A stretch of DNA of 64,000 nt from Camelus ferus (taxonomy: Eukaryota). The DNA lies in the NCBI RefSeq assembly GCF_009834535.1, contig NC_045705.1, forward strand, positions 71,734,001 through 71,798,000, read 5' to 3'. Position 1 is the stretch's first letter, and each line of letters begins with the position of its first letter. Below the pieces are notes generated by a model that was not told the DNA's origin, searched no databases, and saw nothing but the letters and a program-made list of their open reading frames with translations. Made by a program: the position numbers and the translations under genes. Positions 11,701-24,100 of the stretch are shown piece after piece.

Positions 11701-14700
11701 GTCAGCCAGGCTGTGGTCGTCCCACCTCTTACACTCCCTTCTCTTCCCACCTCGCCTCTCCCGGCGGGAGCTCAGTGGGCTCCAAAATTTGTGCTCAGAG
11801 GTGAGGATTGCACGTGCTGTGGGAACGGGAGCATTCTGTTCATGAGGCAGTTGGCTCAGGGGTCCCGCCAGGTGTGGGTGACACACACCCAGGCGTGTCC
11901 AGCAGCGTCTCTTAAATTGCATGTCACTGAGGAGTGAGACAAGATATGATGGATAAAAACTAGCTTATTAGAAATGAAGTAGAAAATGTCAGAGTACGTC
12001 TCAGCAGGGTTAGCTCTGATCATCTCTTCTCAGTCTATGCGTACACATGACACACGTGCACACCCACAACATGCGTGTGTGTAGCTGGTTACAACAAACT
12101 TTTTCTTACCATGGGTCTTGATGAAAGGCATTTTGCCGTGCTTCAGCCGACACTGCTGAAGCAGTCCTCCCAAAACCTTGGAGCCCTGGGGAGGTGGGGC
12201 TTTTGGTCACTAACGAGTCAGCCAGCAGGTCTGAGACCCCACCTCCAAGGGCCCTCTGGTCTGTGTTTGTGATGACCCCCCTGTGTGACCATGAGTGTGA
12301 ACCATCCACTGCACACCACACTGCAGAGGCCGCTCTGCCCAAAGAGAGTTATTGGTGTGCAGGGAAGGAACACGTTTTGGGCAGAAACGGTGTGTGAGCC
12401 CAGAAGTCAGCTCTTTGAAGAGCTTGATGGAGAGTTTGCCCTCAGGCCTCAGGGTGGAGGGGCCAGCAGACACCTCACCAAAATGCACAGTGGGGGGCCC
12501 TGGGAGCCACCCGGATGGGGCCTTGTCATGGCCTAAGCACCCACACGGCACAGCTGACATGTCCCCGCCACTGAGGTGCAGACAGTAGGTCTAGAAAGTT
12601 CCATGGCTGGTCCAGGAGCAGCCCAGCACTCCCCCTGATGCTGCCGAGCCGCGCCCTAGGGCTGCGCCACCGTGCGTGGGCACTCAGGGCAGTGCCGGCC
12701 CAGGCCTCGCACTTAGTCCGCTTCTCCCACTGCCCTTCCACAGGGCAGGGGAGCCAGCGGGAGGCCTGCCTTCCTTCCTCCAGAGCAGTCCCATCACCAC
12801 CCTTTCCTCTTTGTTCTTGTCTGTGCTGTGAAATCACAGGTCAGGGGTCAGGCGGAGGGCTCTCTGGGCGCACCCCCAAATCCCTGCTGGACGGCTTCAA
12901 GAGGGCCAGCTCCTGCTTGATTTCTCATCCCTTTCCGCCCTCAGTGACCCAGACCTCCACCCTGGAGCCGGGGCGGAACCAGCGACCACAGAGAGGCCCG
13001 AGGGGGCCGGGGTTGAAGATGGGGTCCTGGCAGAGTAGGCCCCACCCCTGGCAGGGGCAGGTGTCCCTCTGGTGCCCCGGCGTGTCGGCTCTGCAGCCAC
13101 TCATGTGAGCCCTCACTCCAGAAGCATGTTTGCCTAGGTGTTTTTCCGGCCCTGTGGTGGCCAGGCTGCTTGGGGTTGGTCCTCACAGCTTAGTAGCCAC
13201 AGTCTCAGACTGGCCAAGGGAGTGCTGGGTGATTCTGGGCCTCCCGCCCCTGCCATGGCCAGTGTCCCTCTCCCACAGGGCCCTTCCGAGCCCTGGGCTG
13301 TGGCCAAGGAGCTCAGGTCCCACAGCTGTGGTGGTAAGATGCCAGGGTTGGCCTGGGGTGGCAGAGGCTGCTGTCCTGGGTGAATCTGACGCTGGGCAGT
13401 GTTACCAGGGAGAGGGGCTGGCAGGGAGGGCACACTTGGCCTGCGTCCTCGTATCCCCCACACCCCTTTGGAGGTATCTGGTCCTGCCATTGTGCCTCCT
13501 TGTTTTTGGGGAGGGAGTCCCAGGGCCCCATTCTCCCAAGGCCCCACGCAGGTATGCAGTGGGTATATCAGGTGCCCCAGTGTGGAAACTCGCTGCCTGG
13601 GGCAGTCTGCACCAGGAGTGCCCATCTCACAGGGGTGGGGAGGGTGGGGGCGACAGCTCCAAGCAGGGGCATGTGCTGCTCTGCGCAGAGAGGCAGGTTG
13701 AGAAAACAAGCTTCTGGCCAGGAAGTGGTTGTGGTGGAGGGACAGGTGCCCAGGAGGGTCCCCACGGTGCCCGCCCCTGGGCAGGGGGCTGGGTCAGCCT
13801 CCAACTCCTGGTAGCGTAGGGGTCCAGGGTCTCCTCTGGACCAGCAACCCCTTGGCTGGGCTAGGGGGGAGCATGCTGCTGGGACAATGAGATCATTGAC
13901 CGACAGGCTTGTCTTATAAACTGAGAATAAAAGTCCAAGGCTTATCTGCATGTCTTCAAGCCTCATCAGGTACCACAGCCCGCCTGGGCCGACTCTTTGC
14001 TCAGCTGCCCCAAGAGAGAAAGACAAGAAGGCAGGATCACGGGGGAGAGGTGGGGCCCCGGACCGTGAAATGCCCTGCCAGCCAAAGAAGGTCCTGCACG
14101 GGAAAGCCAGGAAGCAGTCAAAGCCAGAGGGAAGACAGAGCAGCCAGCAGTCCAGAGGGCCTACTTGTTTACTTCCCCCGTCTGTCTGTCCATCCGTCCC
14201 TCTCTCTGTGGGGGCCTCGTGCGGGGTCTAGTAGGCGTGACGGCCCCCATAGTGGAATTTGCAAACAAGTGGAAACACGGATCGGAAAGTGTAATATTCA
14301 CTATCAGGTTGTCACTGGAAAAAGTGTCATCAACTTGAATTCCCAGGGACAGCTGTAAGAGTTATTGCTGCCCTGGGTCCTTGAGGCAGCGTCCTCGCCA
14401 GTGCCGGGCAGACACACCGTCTCCCGTCAGTGTCCGTTCCTGTGATCGCTGGAAGCCAGGTGCTCTCTCTGGGGCTCGGGGTGTCTGTGATGCGGCATGG
14501 GCGAGTCACGGGGTTTCTGTCCTACACCTCTTCACGACTCTTCCTTATTTCTGCAGTGGGGCGTTTCTTACTGGAGTGTCTTTTATTATCAGTTTTTAAG
14601 AGTCCTTTGCGTGTTACAGGTACAAAGCAGATAGAAACTTACTGTCAAGTACGTTATGAGCGTTTTCCTGTTTTGTTTATTTTTTCCAATCAGTGTCTTG

Positions 14701-15154
14701 CTTCCTAAGGAAAAGCCTCACAGTTTTAAGTAGTAAACTCTGCTAACGCTTTGCTTTGTAAGCTACACTGTGGCCGACACAGGTGAAAAACCCGCCCCTA
14801 CCCCCACATTTAAATGCACCAGTAACCATGTCCTCTTCAAGTCCTTTCCGTGGCTCTGTTATTTTGCACTGAAGCTGGTAGCTGGTAGCCACATTTCTTG
14901 GGTTTGAGGAGGTGGGGAGCCTATGTTTTGCTAGTTGGGGGCCAAAGTTCGGGTGGCCCTGAGGCAGTGGGGGAGGGCCCTCTAGCCTGCCGCACAGAGG
15001 GCTCTTTCTGGGTGTCTGGGAGGACCCAGGCTCCATTAGGACACGTGCTCCAGGAGGCAGAGGGGACACCCCGTCTGCTGGTGGACTTCATGTCCTCTGC
15101 TCTCTCTGCAGCCCCCAGGACCCCGACGCTGGAGCCTGCTCTGACACCCCCAGC

Positions 15155-18100
15155 ATGCGGGCGCTGCTCAGCACACTCTGGCTGGCCCTGGCCTGTGGCT
15201 CTGTGCACACCACCCTGTCAAAGTCAGATGCCAAAAAGGCTGCCTCGAAGACACTGCTGGAGAAGGTAGGGATGGTCCGGGGGCTGGCCGAAGGGCTGTC
15301 CCGTCGTGCCTTCTTGCCCACCAGGGCCTGTGATGTGGCCTGGGAGCTGAGAGCTGGGCGCTTGGCCACTGTGGGCGGCCAGCTCTGTGCCGCCCGGGGC
15401 TCTGCAGGACAGCCTTAGGGGCAGCAGCTCCTGGCGCTGGGGCCTAAGGGTGCGCCTGCCCCACCGGGCTGTCCCCTGTGGCTGTGTCCACATTTCCGCC
15501 CCTACCCTGCCTTCTGTGTCTCTCCCCACCTGCGCCCTTTCCTGCTTCATTGAGCTGTAGTGTTCAAGGCAGTCGAGCAAATCGGACAGGAGCCACGCCA
15601 GGCTAGGCTGTGTCTTTGTGCTGTTTTCCGGGGACGGCCCCAGGGAGGCAGAGTGGGTCTTTGGGGACTGTCAGCTCCTCACGTGTGGGCCTCTCCCTGT
15701 GGGCTCGCAGTCAGCAGCTCCGTGTTGATCCCAGGACACAGTCCCTGCTGACTGAGGGGCCGGCTGCCGTCCCTGGGGCTCTGCCTGGGGCTGGATGCCG
15801 ACAGTTTTCTCCCTGTTCCTCGTGCTTTAGACTCAGTTTTCAGATAAGCCGGTCCAGGAGCGGGGGCTGGTGGTGACCGACCTCAGAGCTGAGGACGTGG
15901 TTCTTGAGCATCGCAGCTACTGTTCGGCCAAAGCCCGGAGGAGGCACTTTGCTGGGGAGGTCCTGGGCTACGTCACTCCGGTAAGCTGGGCCCTGAGGTG
16001 GGCAGGGTGGTACCAAGGGCAAGGTGGCCACTGGGTCTGTGTCCTCACCTCCCCAGGCCATCCGGGGGAGGGGTGCAGTGGGAGCGATGCTGTCCAGAGG
16101 AGTAGCCAGAACTGCCCCAGGGTCTCGGTCTACATGGCACGGCGACCCCATGGTGCCCCGGCCCAGGGGCGGCTCTCGGGCCCTCTGGTCCAGCTGCAGG
16201 CGGGCTGACCGCTCTCCGCCCTCTGCCAGTGGAACAGCCATGGCTACGATGTCGCCAAGATCTTCGGGGGCAAATTCACCCAGATCTCCCCTGTGTGGCT
16301 GCAGCTGCGGAGGCGCGGCCGCGAAATGTTCGAGGTCACGGGCCTTGACGGCGTGGACCAAGGTTCTCGCCCTGCTGCTTGCTCGCACGCGTCCCGAGGG
16401 CCCAGGGGGGTGTGAGTGGATGCGTGTGGGGGGAAGGTGTGTGAGCATGTCTGAGTGTGTGTGAGTATGGTCACTGCCCGCTTTGACCCGCACCTCTGCT
16501 TCCCTTGGTGGCTTGTACACGGTGTCCAAGGAGGTGGTGTCAGGGCTGGGTGTCCAGGGCAGAGGCGTCTGGGGGGAGGTTCTGGGACAGAGTGTCCAGG
16601 AGAAGGTGAGGCCTGGGTGTCTTGACAGCCATGTTTGGGGGCGTGCACCCGAGTTGACACAGATGTGCCCCCTTGGGGGTTCAGAGAGAGAGCATGTTAG
16701 CTGGTTGTCGAGTTCCCGGATCTGGAGTAGGTTCTGATGCCGATGGGCCGTGTGTCAGAGGACACGGCTGGGCGTCGCAGGGCCTGGCCTCCGATGCCCT
16801 CAGCTCAGAACAGTCTCAGGCCCCACGGAGTCATGGCACCTGGGGCGGCCGCTGGTCCACTGGCCCCAGCTGCTCTGTGTGTGTGTGTGGGGGGGGGGCA
16901 CATGTTCTATCCTGCCGCCCCCCTGCTGTGCTCCCGTAGCAGGGGCAGAGGGGCCGCATTTTCTCCTCGGGAGCAGGCTGGGTCTTCACACAGGCAAGGG
17001 GCTGTGTCCCCACGTTGACTGTCCTCTCCACGTCCTGCAGGGTGGCTGCGGGCCGTCAGGAAGCAGAGCAGGGGCTTATGCATCGGTGAGTCCGGTGGGC
17101 CCGGGTGGTCAGGGTCCTCGGCCTCTAGGCCGTGCACCACGGGCTAGGGGGCCTGGGCCTCCCCATGGGCCTGTGACCCAGGCTGTGCTGCCTCTCACGG
17201 GGGTCACTCCCAACCGCTCAGAAACGTGGCCAGCCCGAGCCAGCATGCACGGCCCTCAGGCCAGCTGGAGCCCTGGGGGCCTCTCCCCGTGGCCTTTGCC
17301 CTCCCATCTCCTCACTCACCCACAAGCACTTACTAGGGCTGACGCTCACCCTGCCCAGCCCCTTCCCAGAGCTAATGGCTGGTGAGAGAGGGGCCTGTCG
17401 CACAGAGCTGTGGAATGCGTGGGGACTGCGGAGGGGGGCGAGGGGCTCTGGGGAGCATGTAACCGTTGAGCCGGAGGAGCTGGGAGGGGGCCCGCAGGGG
17501 GCATTGACGGGGAGCTGGAGGAGCAGGGTCTGGGCACTCGGAGGCCTGGCATGTGCAGGGAACAAAGGGTCAGTGTCTGTCCTCCCCCAGCGCCCCCCAG
17601 TGCCCTCCCTTGCCAGGCCACGTGGCACTGGGAGGACCACACTGGGTGCTCAGCTGTGGTCACTGTGCCCTGGAGGCGCAGGGCCACACTGTGGGCAGGG
17701 CCGAGCCCAGGAGGGTCACATCTGGGCCGCTCTGTTCCCAGTGCCTCGGCTGCTGTTTGAGGACTGGACTCCCGAGGACTTCCGGGACACCCTGGACAGC
17801 GAGGATGAGATAGAAGAGCTTGGCAGGAGCATCGTGCAGGTGGCCAAGGTGACGCCCGGCGCTGGCAGGTCCAGCACAGGCTGCTCCAGGCTCCCTTGTG
17901 ACCACGGGAGTCTCTAGGGCAGGGCCTTCCCTGGGTGAGCCGCCTGCCACCCTCCTGGGAGGGTGCCCATCCTAGCTCGCTGGTGCTGGGCTGCAGGGAG
18001 GAGCGTGCCCCCTGGGACATGCTAGCGGATGGGGTGCGTGGGAGCCCAGCCCCTCTGCGCTGCCGGGACTCTCCTTACCTGTGCCCTCTCCTTTCAGAGC

Positions 18101-21100
18101 CAGCACTTCGACGGCTTCGTGTTGGAGGTCTGGAGCCAGCTGCTGAGCCAGAAGCACATGTGAGTGGACTCTGGGTGGCTGACGGGCGGGCTGCCCTCCA
18201 CCCTTCCTGGCTCCCAGGTGGCAGGAAGAGGCTAGAGGAGGGTTCGGTGGCCCGTTTGAGAGGAGGGCCTTATTCCCACGTCTGCACCCATGGGTGGGGA
18301 TGGAACTCCAAGAAAGTCAGCGAGTGGCTCCGTGAACCCCTGGAGCAGCTGTGGGCGGTGTCTAGCTGGGTGGGTGGCATGACGGAGCCTTCCTGGGGAC
18401 TTTGAGAAGAGGTGGCCTTGCAGGGCCATGGCAGACAGCAGCGGAGTCCTCTGGGACAAGACTCGTGCTCAGGCCCACGGGCTCTGCGTCATCCCACCTG
18501 GGAGGTGCTGCACGTGTGTCCGGCCCCTCAGCCGCTCTGACCCGCCTGTACGTGAGGTGGTGGGACTGGCCGCCTCTTCTCCAGATGGAGGTGGCTCCTG
18601 AGGGTCAGACACTGGGCCCAGGGCCTCCCAGCAGTGATGGAGGGGCCAGGCTAGAGTGGACACACACAGCTCAGAGCCGGCCTGGGACCTGCAGCGCTGA
18701 GGCTCATCAGCACCGGCCCCTCCACAGCCCACGTGCTGCCAGTGGCGTCCTGACAGGGGCTCCTACTGGGCCTGCTGCCACCTCCCACAGGCCGAGGGGC
18801 CAGAGGAGTCTGATGCCATCTCCCTCCCTGTCCCCTCACTGGTGGCCCACTGCCCACAGGGACGCTCTGACGCTCCTCCCCTATGTCTGGGCACACGATG
18901 TGCCAGGGCTCCCTCCTCACGCCCCTGCCTGGGGTCAAGCAGGCAGAGCTCCGTGTCCTGGCATCTGAGCTGGGGGGCTGGGCAGGTGAGGCAGTCGTCC
19001 TGGGGGTGAGGTTAGGGTCCTGTCAGCACAAGGCCACCTTGGTGGAGCAGCCCCCATGCCCCCCTCATACCGAGGCACCTCCAGTGTCACACGGCCTGGC
19101 TGACTCAGCCCCCGGCAGGCTAGTGCGCTTGGGGATCCCTCCTCACCCCTGCCTGGCTCTGCTCTGGGAGGGTCCAGAGGTGATGGGGCGCTGCACGGAC
19201 CCTTGCTGCTCTTGGAGGGACCCTGAGTATGAGGAGGGGCGGGGCCGGGGCAGGCTGGCTAGGGTAGAGGGCGGCCCCCAGGGTCCAGGGCTGCCCTGGT
19301 GCTCGAGTGGGGCAAACCCAGAGCCTGCGCCTCCCGGGCAGGAAGGGCTGTGAAGGGGTGCCTGTCCAAGTGCGTCTCGGCCAAGCCACTCCTGACCTCT
19401 TCTTCGTTCTCTGCAGGGGCCTCATTCACATGCTGACCCATGTGGCCGAGGCGCTGCACCAGGCCAGGCTTCTGGCCATCCTGGTCATCCCGCCTGCCGT
19501 CAGCCCCGGGTGAGTGCCCTGCAGGCTCGGGCAGAGAGGCTCTTCCTGGTCACCACCCAGCCCCGTCCAGATGCCCCCGGGGCCACTGCGCGTGTTGGCC
19601 CAGGGAGGGTCTTGGGACCCGAGCCGGTGCACTCGGGACACCTGAGTGGGCTTGGCAGGTCCTCACGGCTCAGCAGGTCAAGGCTGAGTCCCTCCACCAG
19701 GACTCTTGAGGCCTTGGGGGGTCAGGGCTGCGTGGTCATGGCTCCCACCGCTTGGCCTGGCTGCTCGCCTTCCCCAGCCCTGTGAGGTGGCTCCTCCAGA
19801 CCCCCTGGGATGGGAGGCGGGGCACCTGGCACGGTTGTTGGAGCCGCGCATTCTGACTCCCCTGTCCACCCTGCGCTGGGCACAGGAGGCTGGACCACGA
19901 CGTGAGGACTGAGGGCAGACGGGGGGCCCAGGGTGGGGCACTGGCAGGTGGGGGGCACACAGAGGCCCTAGGGTGCCGCCTGCACCCGCAGTCCCCTGCT
20001 CTGGGGGGAGACACTGTCTTGTCACCCCATGGCCATCGGCTCACTTGAGCAGGGCCAGTTAATGGGATCAGGTTGAACAATGTCTGGTGGCTGGACGCTT
20101 ACAGGCCAGTGGCCTCACACGAAAGAGCCCGTGGGCCACGCTGCTGCGTCAGGTATGCTGGCTTTCTGGCCAGCTGCTCTTCTGTGCTTGGCGCTCACTT
20201 GCCCCACAGAGCCCCCCACATGTCACCAGAGGCCAAGGCTGAGCGCATCACTCGGGGCTGTGGTCCCCCAGGCCTAGCACGCAGGGGCTTGGGCCCTGGG
20301 TGGCAGCCTCCTGTCCTATGCTCCTCCCCAGCCCTCCTGGGCCCTCAGGCACACACGTGCTCGTGTACAGTACACACACGTGCAGGACCGGCAACAGCGG
20401 GGGCTCCCAGGATGGGGGCCTGTGGCTTCCAGGGGTGGTAAGGAAGGAGCTGGCCTTCTGGAAGGGCCAGGGAAGACAGACACTCAAGCAGCCTGTGGGC
20501 TTGGCCGCGGGCGCGGCTCCCATTTCCAGGGCCTCCTGGTTTCTGGTCTGCTTTGGGGTCAGCTGTGGCCAGTGGAGCCCCAGTTGCCCTTTGAGGTCAA
20601 AGGCCGTCTGTGGGATGAATGCAGGGGGGCTATGGTGGTGGCGGCGAGCTCCTCAGGGTTGGGTAGGGGTGAAGGGGGATGCTTGGTCATGCAGCTGGAG
20701 CCGGGACCACTGTAGCCCCTCCCTGCTGCGTGCAGTCATCAGTCCCACAGAGCCTCACAGCTTGGGATGGGTGCGGGGGCGGCCTCAGAGGTTGGGGGGT
20801 GGGTGGGCGGACGGCCCTGCAGGCCTGGTCTCTGGGCCCGGCGGGGAGGAGGGCAGGAGGGGGCAGCTGTCCAGCTGCTGCTCTCTCGGCCAAGGGGTCC
20901 GCCCTGAGCTCCTGGCCCCTGGGAGGGAGCGGGCGGCGTGAGCTAGGCCCTCACCCCGCAATGACTAGGGCAAGAGACTCCCTCCGCGTGGATCCAAGCA
21001 GATGACTGGAGGGAAGGGACCATGGCCAGTGTGGCGGAGGCTGAGGGCAGGGGTCCTGGGCACTGCCGAGCATGGGGTGGGGGGGCCCAGCCTGGCAGCC

Positions 21101-24100
21101 GGGGGTGGGTTTCATGGGCACAGATCTGGATGGCACCCTCGAAGCTGGCAAGCAGACCCCGCTTACAGCAGAGGCTCTGGTGGCCCCAGGAGTTTGTCTC
21201 ATCATCGTTGGCTTTGGTCCCCCTTCTTTTCTCATACTTGCTGGCAGCCCCCACGGAGAAGACGATAAACTCTTAATGGTTTTTCTGGCTTTTTCTGCAA
21301 CATCACTCATCCCACGAAGGCTGTGCCACCGCCGTGGGAACAACAGCTCCGGGAGGGAGTCTGTGCGGCCGGGGCAGGGGCGCCTTTGCCACCCGGTATC
21401 TGGGCCCTCCCACGGGGGCTGCTGGCACAGGTGCTGTCCTGACCTTTAGCCCTGCTCCTGCGGGCACGGTTTGGTCCTGGTCGTCTGCTTGGCCTGCTGT
21501 CAGGGGCGGGGCATGTGGACCCCCTTCCCCTGAGGAAAGGGCTCGGGGTGCTGACCTCAGATGCAGGAGGACCGGCTTCCCTCCCAGGACCAGCCCTGCG
21601 GGCAGCTGTTACAGAGCGCAGTCTGCCTCCGATGGGGCTGCACGGAAACCAGCAGAGGAGGGTCTCAGGAGTTGTGACATGTGCACGGCGCGCCCCCCCC
21701 AGATGGCAGAGCCCTGGAAACTCCATCCGCCTGACCCCCGTGGCCTTTGTTTCGAGCATCTGTTCTGAAGGCTGATCAGCCAGTGACAGCAAGGCCGTTG
21801 GCCGTGCTGAGCGGGTTTGAGCAGAAGGGTTTCTGTTTATGGGGTGAGTGAGGCCCTCAGGGGAGCAGGCCTCCTGGTGCCCCCCCCCCCCAGTTCACTT
21901 CCCCCTCCCCTCTGCCTGCCTGAGCCCTCCCTTTCACACCTGGTCCCAGCACTTCCAGGACCCTGAGGGTGGGCTCCTCCTCCCAGCTGACTGGGGACAG
22001 TGCCAGGCCCCATATCCCTCCTGGAAGGCCCCGGCTGCTGCAGTGACCAGAGCATAGGACTTGGGAGCACACCCCTCTGCTGGGGTCCCTCTGCACTGTT
22101 CAGCTCGCAGCCCTGTCTTCCCTTGTGAGCCATCAAACCCAGAAACAGTGGGGTCTGGACGTTCATGGGTTCCTGAGTGAATGTCCACCTGGGGGCGGGT
22201 AGGCTTGTGAAACGTGGAAACGTCTTCCTGGACCTGTGGGGTCTGGACGTTCATGGGTTCCTGAGCGAATGTCCACCTGGGGGCGGGTAGGCTTGTGAAA
22301 CATGGAAACGTCTTCCTGGAGCTGTGGGGTCTGGACATTCATGGGTTCCTGAGCGAATGTCCACCTGGGGGCGGGTAGGCTTGTGAAACGTGGAAACGTC
22401 TTCCTGGAGCTGCTGGCATCTACCGTTTTGTGATGGCCAGGGCCTGGTGTCTCTAGCTGACCTTAGGGGGCCCGTCTGGGGTGTGGCCACAGGCAGTGTG
22501 TCAGTTACTGCTCCCCAGGTGCGTCCCCAAGCTCCGGCAGTGGCCGGCACCCGTTGCCGAGTCCTGCCTTTTCCCACTTGTGGGGTCACTGTTGGTGCTG
22601 CTTGTCCTCAGGTCCCACAGGTGCCTGATGTCCCCAGGGGTCAGGGCCTGGCCTCCTGGCTGCTCCCAGCAAAGGCAACTGTCCTGGGCAGCTTTGCTCA
22701 GCTAGAGTTGGGCAGGCTTGAGATGGGGTGTCGTAGGGTGGCCCAGACCCCGTGGAATCAGTGACCATGTCTGGGGTCCGTGCAGCAGGCCAGTCCTGCC
22801 CAGGGATGGGGGCGCCAGCTAAGAGGGGTCCTGTCTCTGTTCATGTTGTGGGGGAAGCAGAGAACCCCTCCCTGGCCCGGGACATGGCAGAGCCGGTGAG
22901 CCAGCAGACGGGCCGCCTGGGCTCCTGCCAGGCCTCAGGCCTGAGGCCCTGGAATGAAGGGCACTCTGCCTGCGACACCGTTCTCGGGGCCGAGATGAGG
23001 GGAGCCCACCGCAGGGGTAAGCTGCCCGGAGCTGGACTGACCACGCGCTCTGATGTGGCGGGGGGGCTGCGTCTCTGCTCAACCCCAGCATGGGCTCTGC
23101 CCACTGGCCCCCACAGCCCCGCCCTGGCTCTGGAGTGTCCCTGACCCAGTTAGGGGCCATCTGCTATCACTGAGTGCCAAGTGACTTTCCAGGGAATGTG
23201 CCTGGATGTGTCTCCCAGAGCAGGGCGTGCGCTGGGCTGAGCCCAGGCGACAGCTGGCGGGGCGGGCGGGATGGCTGCGCTGACCCTGCCGTCTCACCGC
23301 AGGACCGACCAGCTGGGCCTGTTCACGCAGAAGGAGTTTGAGCAGCTGGCCCCCGTGCTGGACGGCTTCAGTCTGATGACCTACGACTACCCCACAGCAC
23401 AGCAGTGAGTGTGGGCGCCACAGGGCCCGGGGCCCCGGCCTGGCCCTCTGCCTGGACGCTGGGCACTTGGAACACATCCCGCCGGCCTGCCTAGGGCCGC
23501 GCTGTGTCAGCTCTTGGCTCCAGGAACGTGAAGGGCCGGGTCTTTTCCCTGGAGCCCACAGTCGGCCCTGCAGTGGGCAGCCTGCTCACACGGGTCACGG
23601 GTCGTAGGGCAGCAGCGACCCCCATGGGAATGCCATCCTGGGGTGTCTGTCCACACCTCCCCGACCCTGGCCACCACATGGTGGCTGTGGTGCTAGGCCT
23701 GCCCTGTTGCCAAGGAGAAGGACTCCTGTGGGCAGGGTGGCTGCCCCGGGGGAGCCTGGGGCGGGGACAGTGTCTCAGTCCACCTCGGCCTTCACTGGGG
23801 CGGCTCTGGTCCCTGCAGGGGGTCCAGGTGAGCAGATGCAGGCACAGATTAGGTCCCAAGTCTGGCCAGAAGGCACCGCGGGGATCACACTGTTCTTCCC
23901 ACTGTGTGCACTGACCCCAGCCCCGGCCTGGGGCACGCGCTGGGGACGAACCGAGCCTCCGCCTGCCGCTGAAGCCCGCTCCGCCCTGGTCCCACAGGCC
24001 CGGCCCCAACGCGCCACTGTCCTGGGTGCGAGCCTGTGTCCAGGTCCTGGACCCCAAGTCCAGGTGGCGGAGCAAGATCCTCCTGGGGCTCAACCTCTAC

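Noticed and set aside
15829-15843. Tandem in-frame acceptors at CHID1 exon 15831 (+6 nt) and last exon 30971 (+9 nt)
   Set aside because: Such downstream AGs are common, the first AG gives the expected 393-aa protein, and there is no evidence of use.
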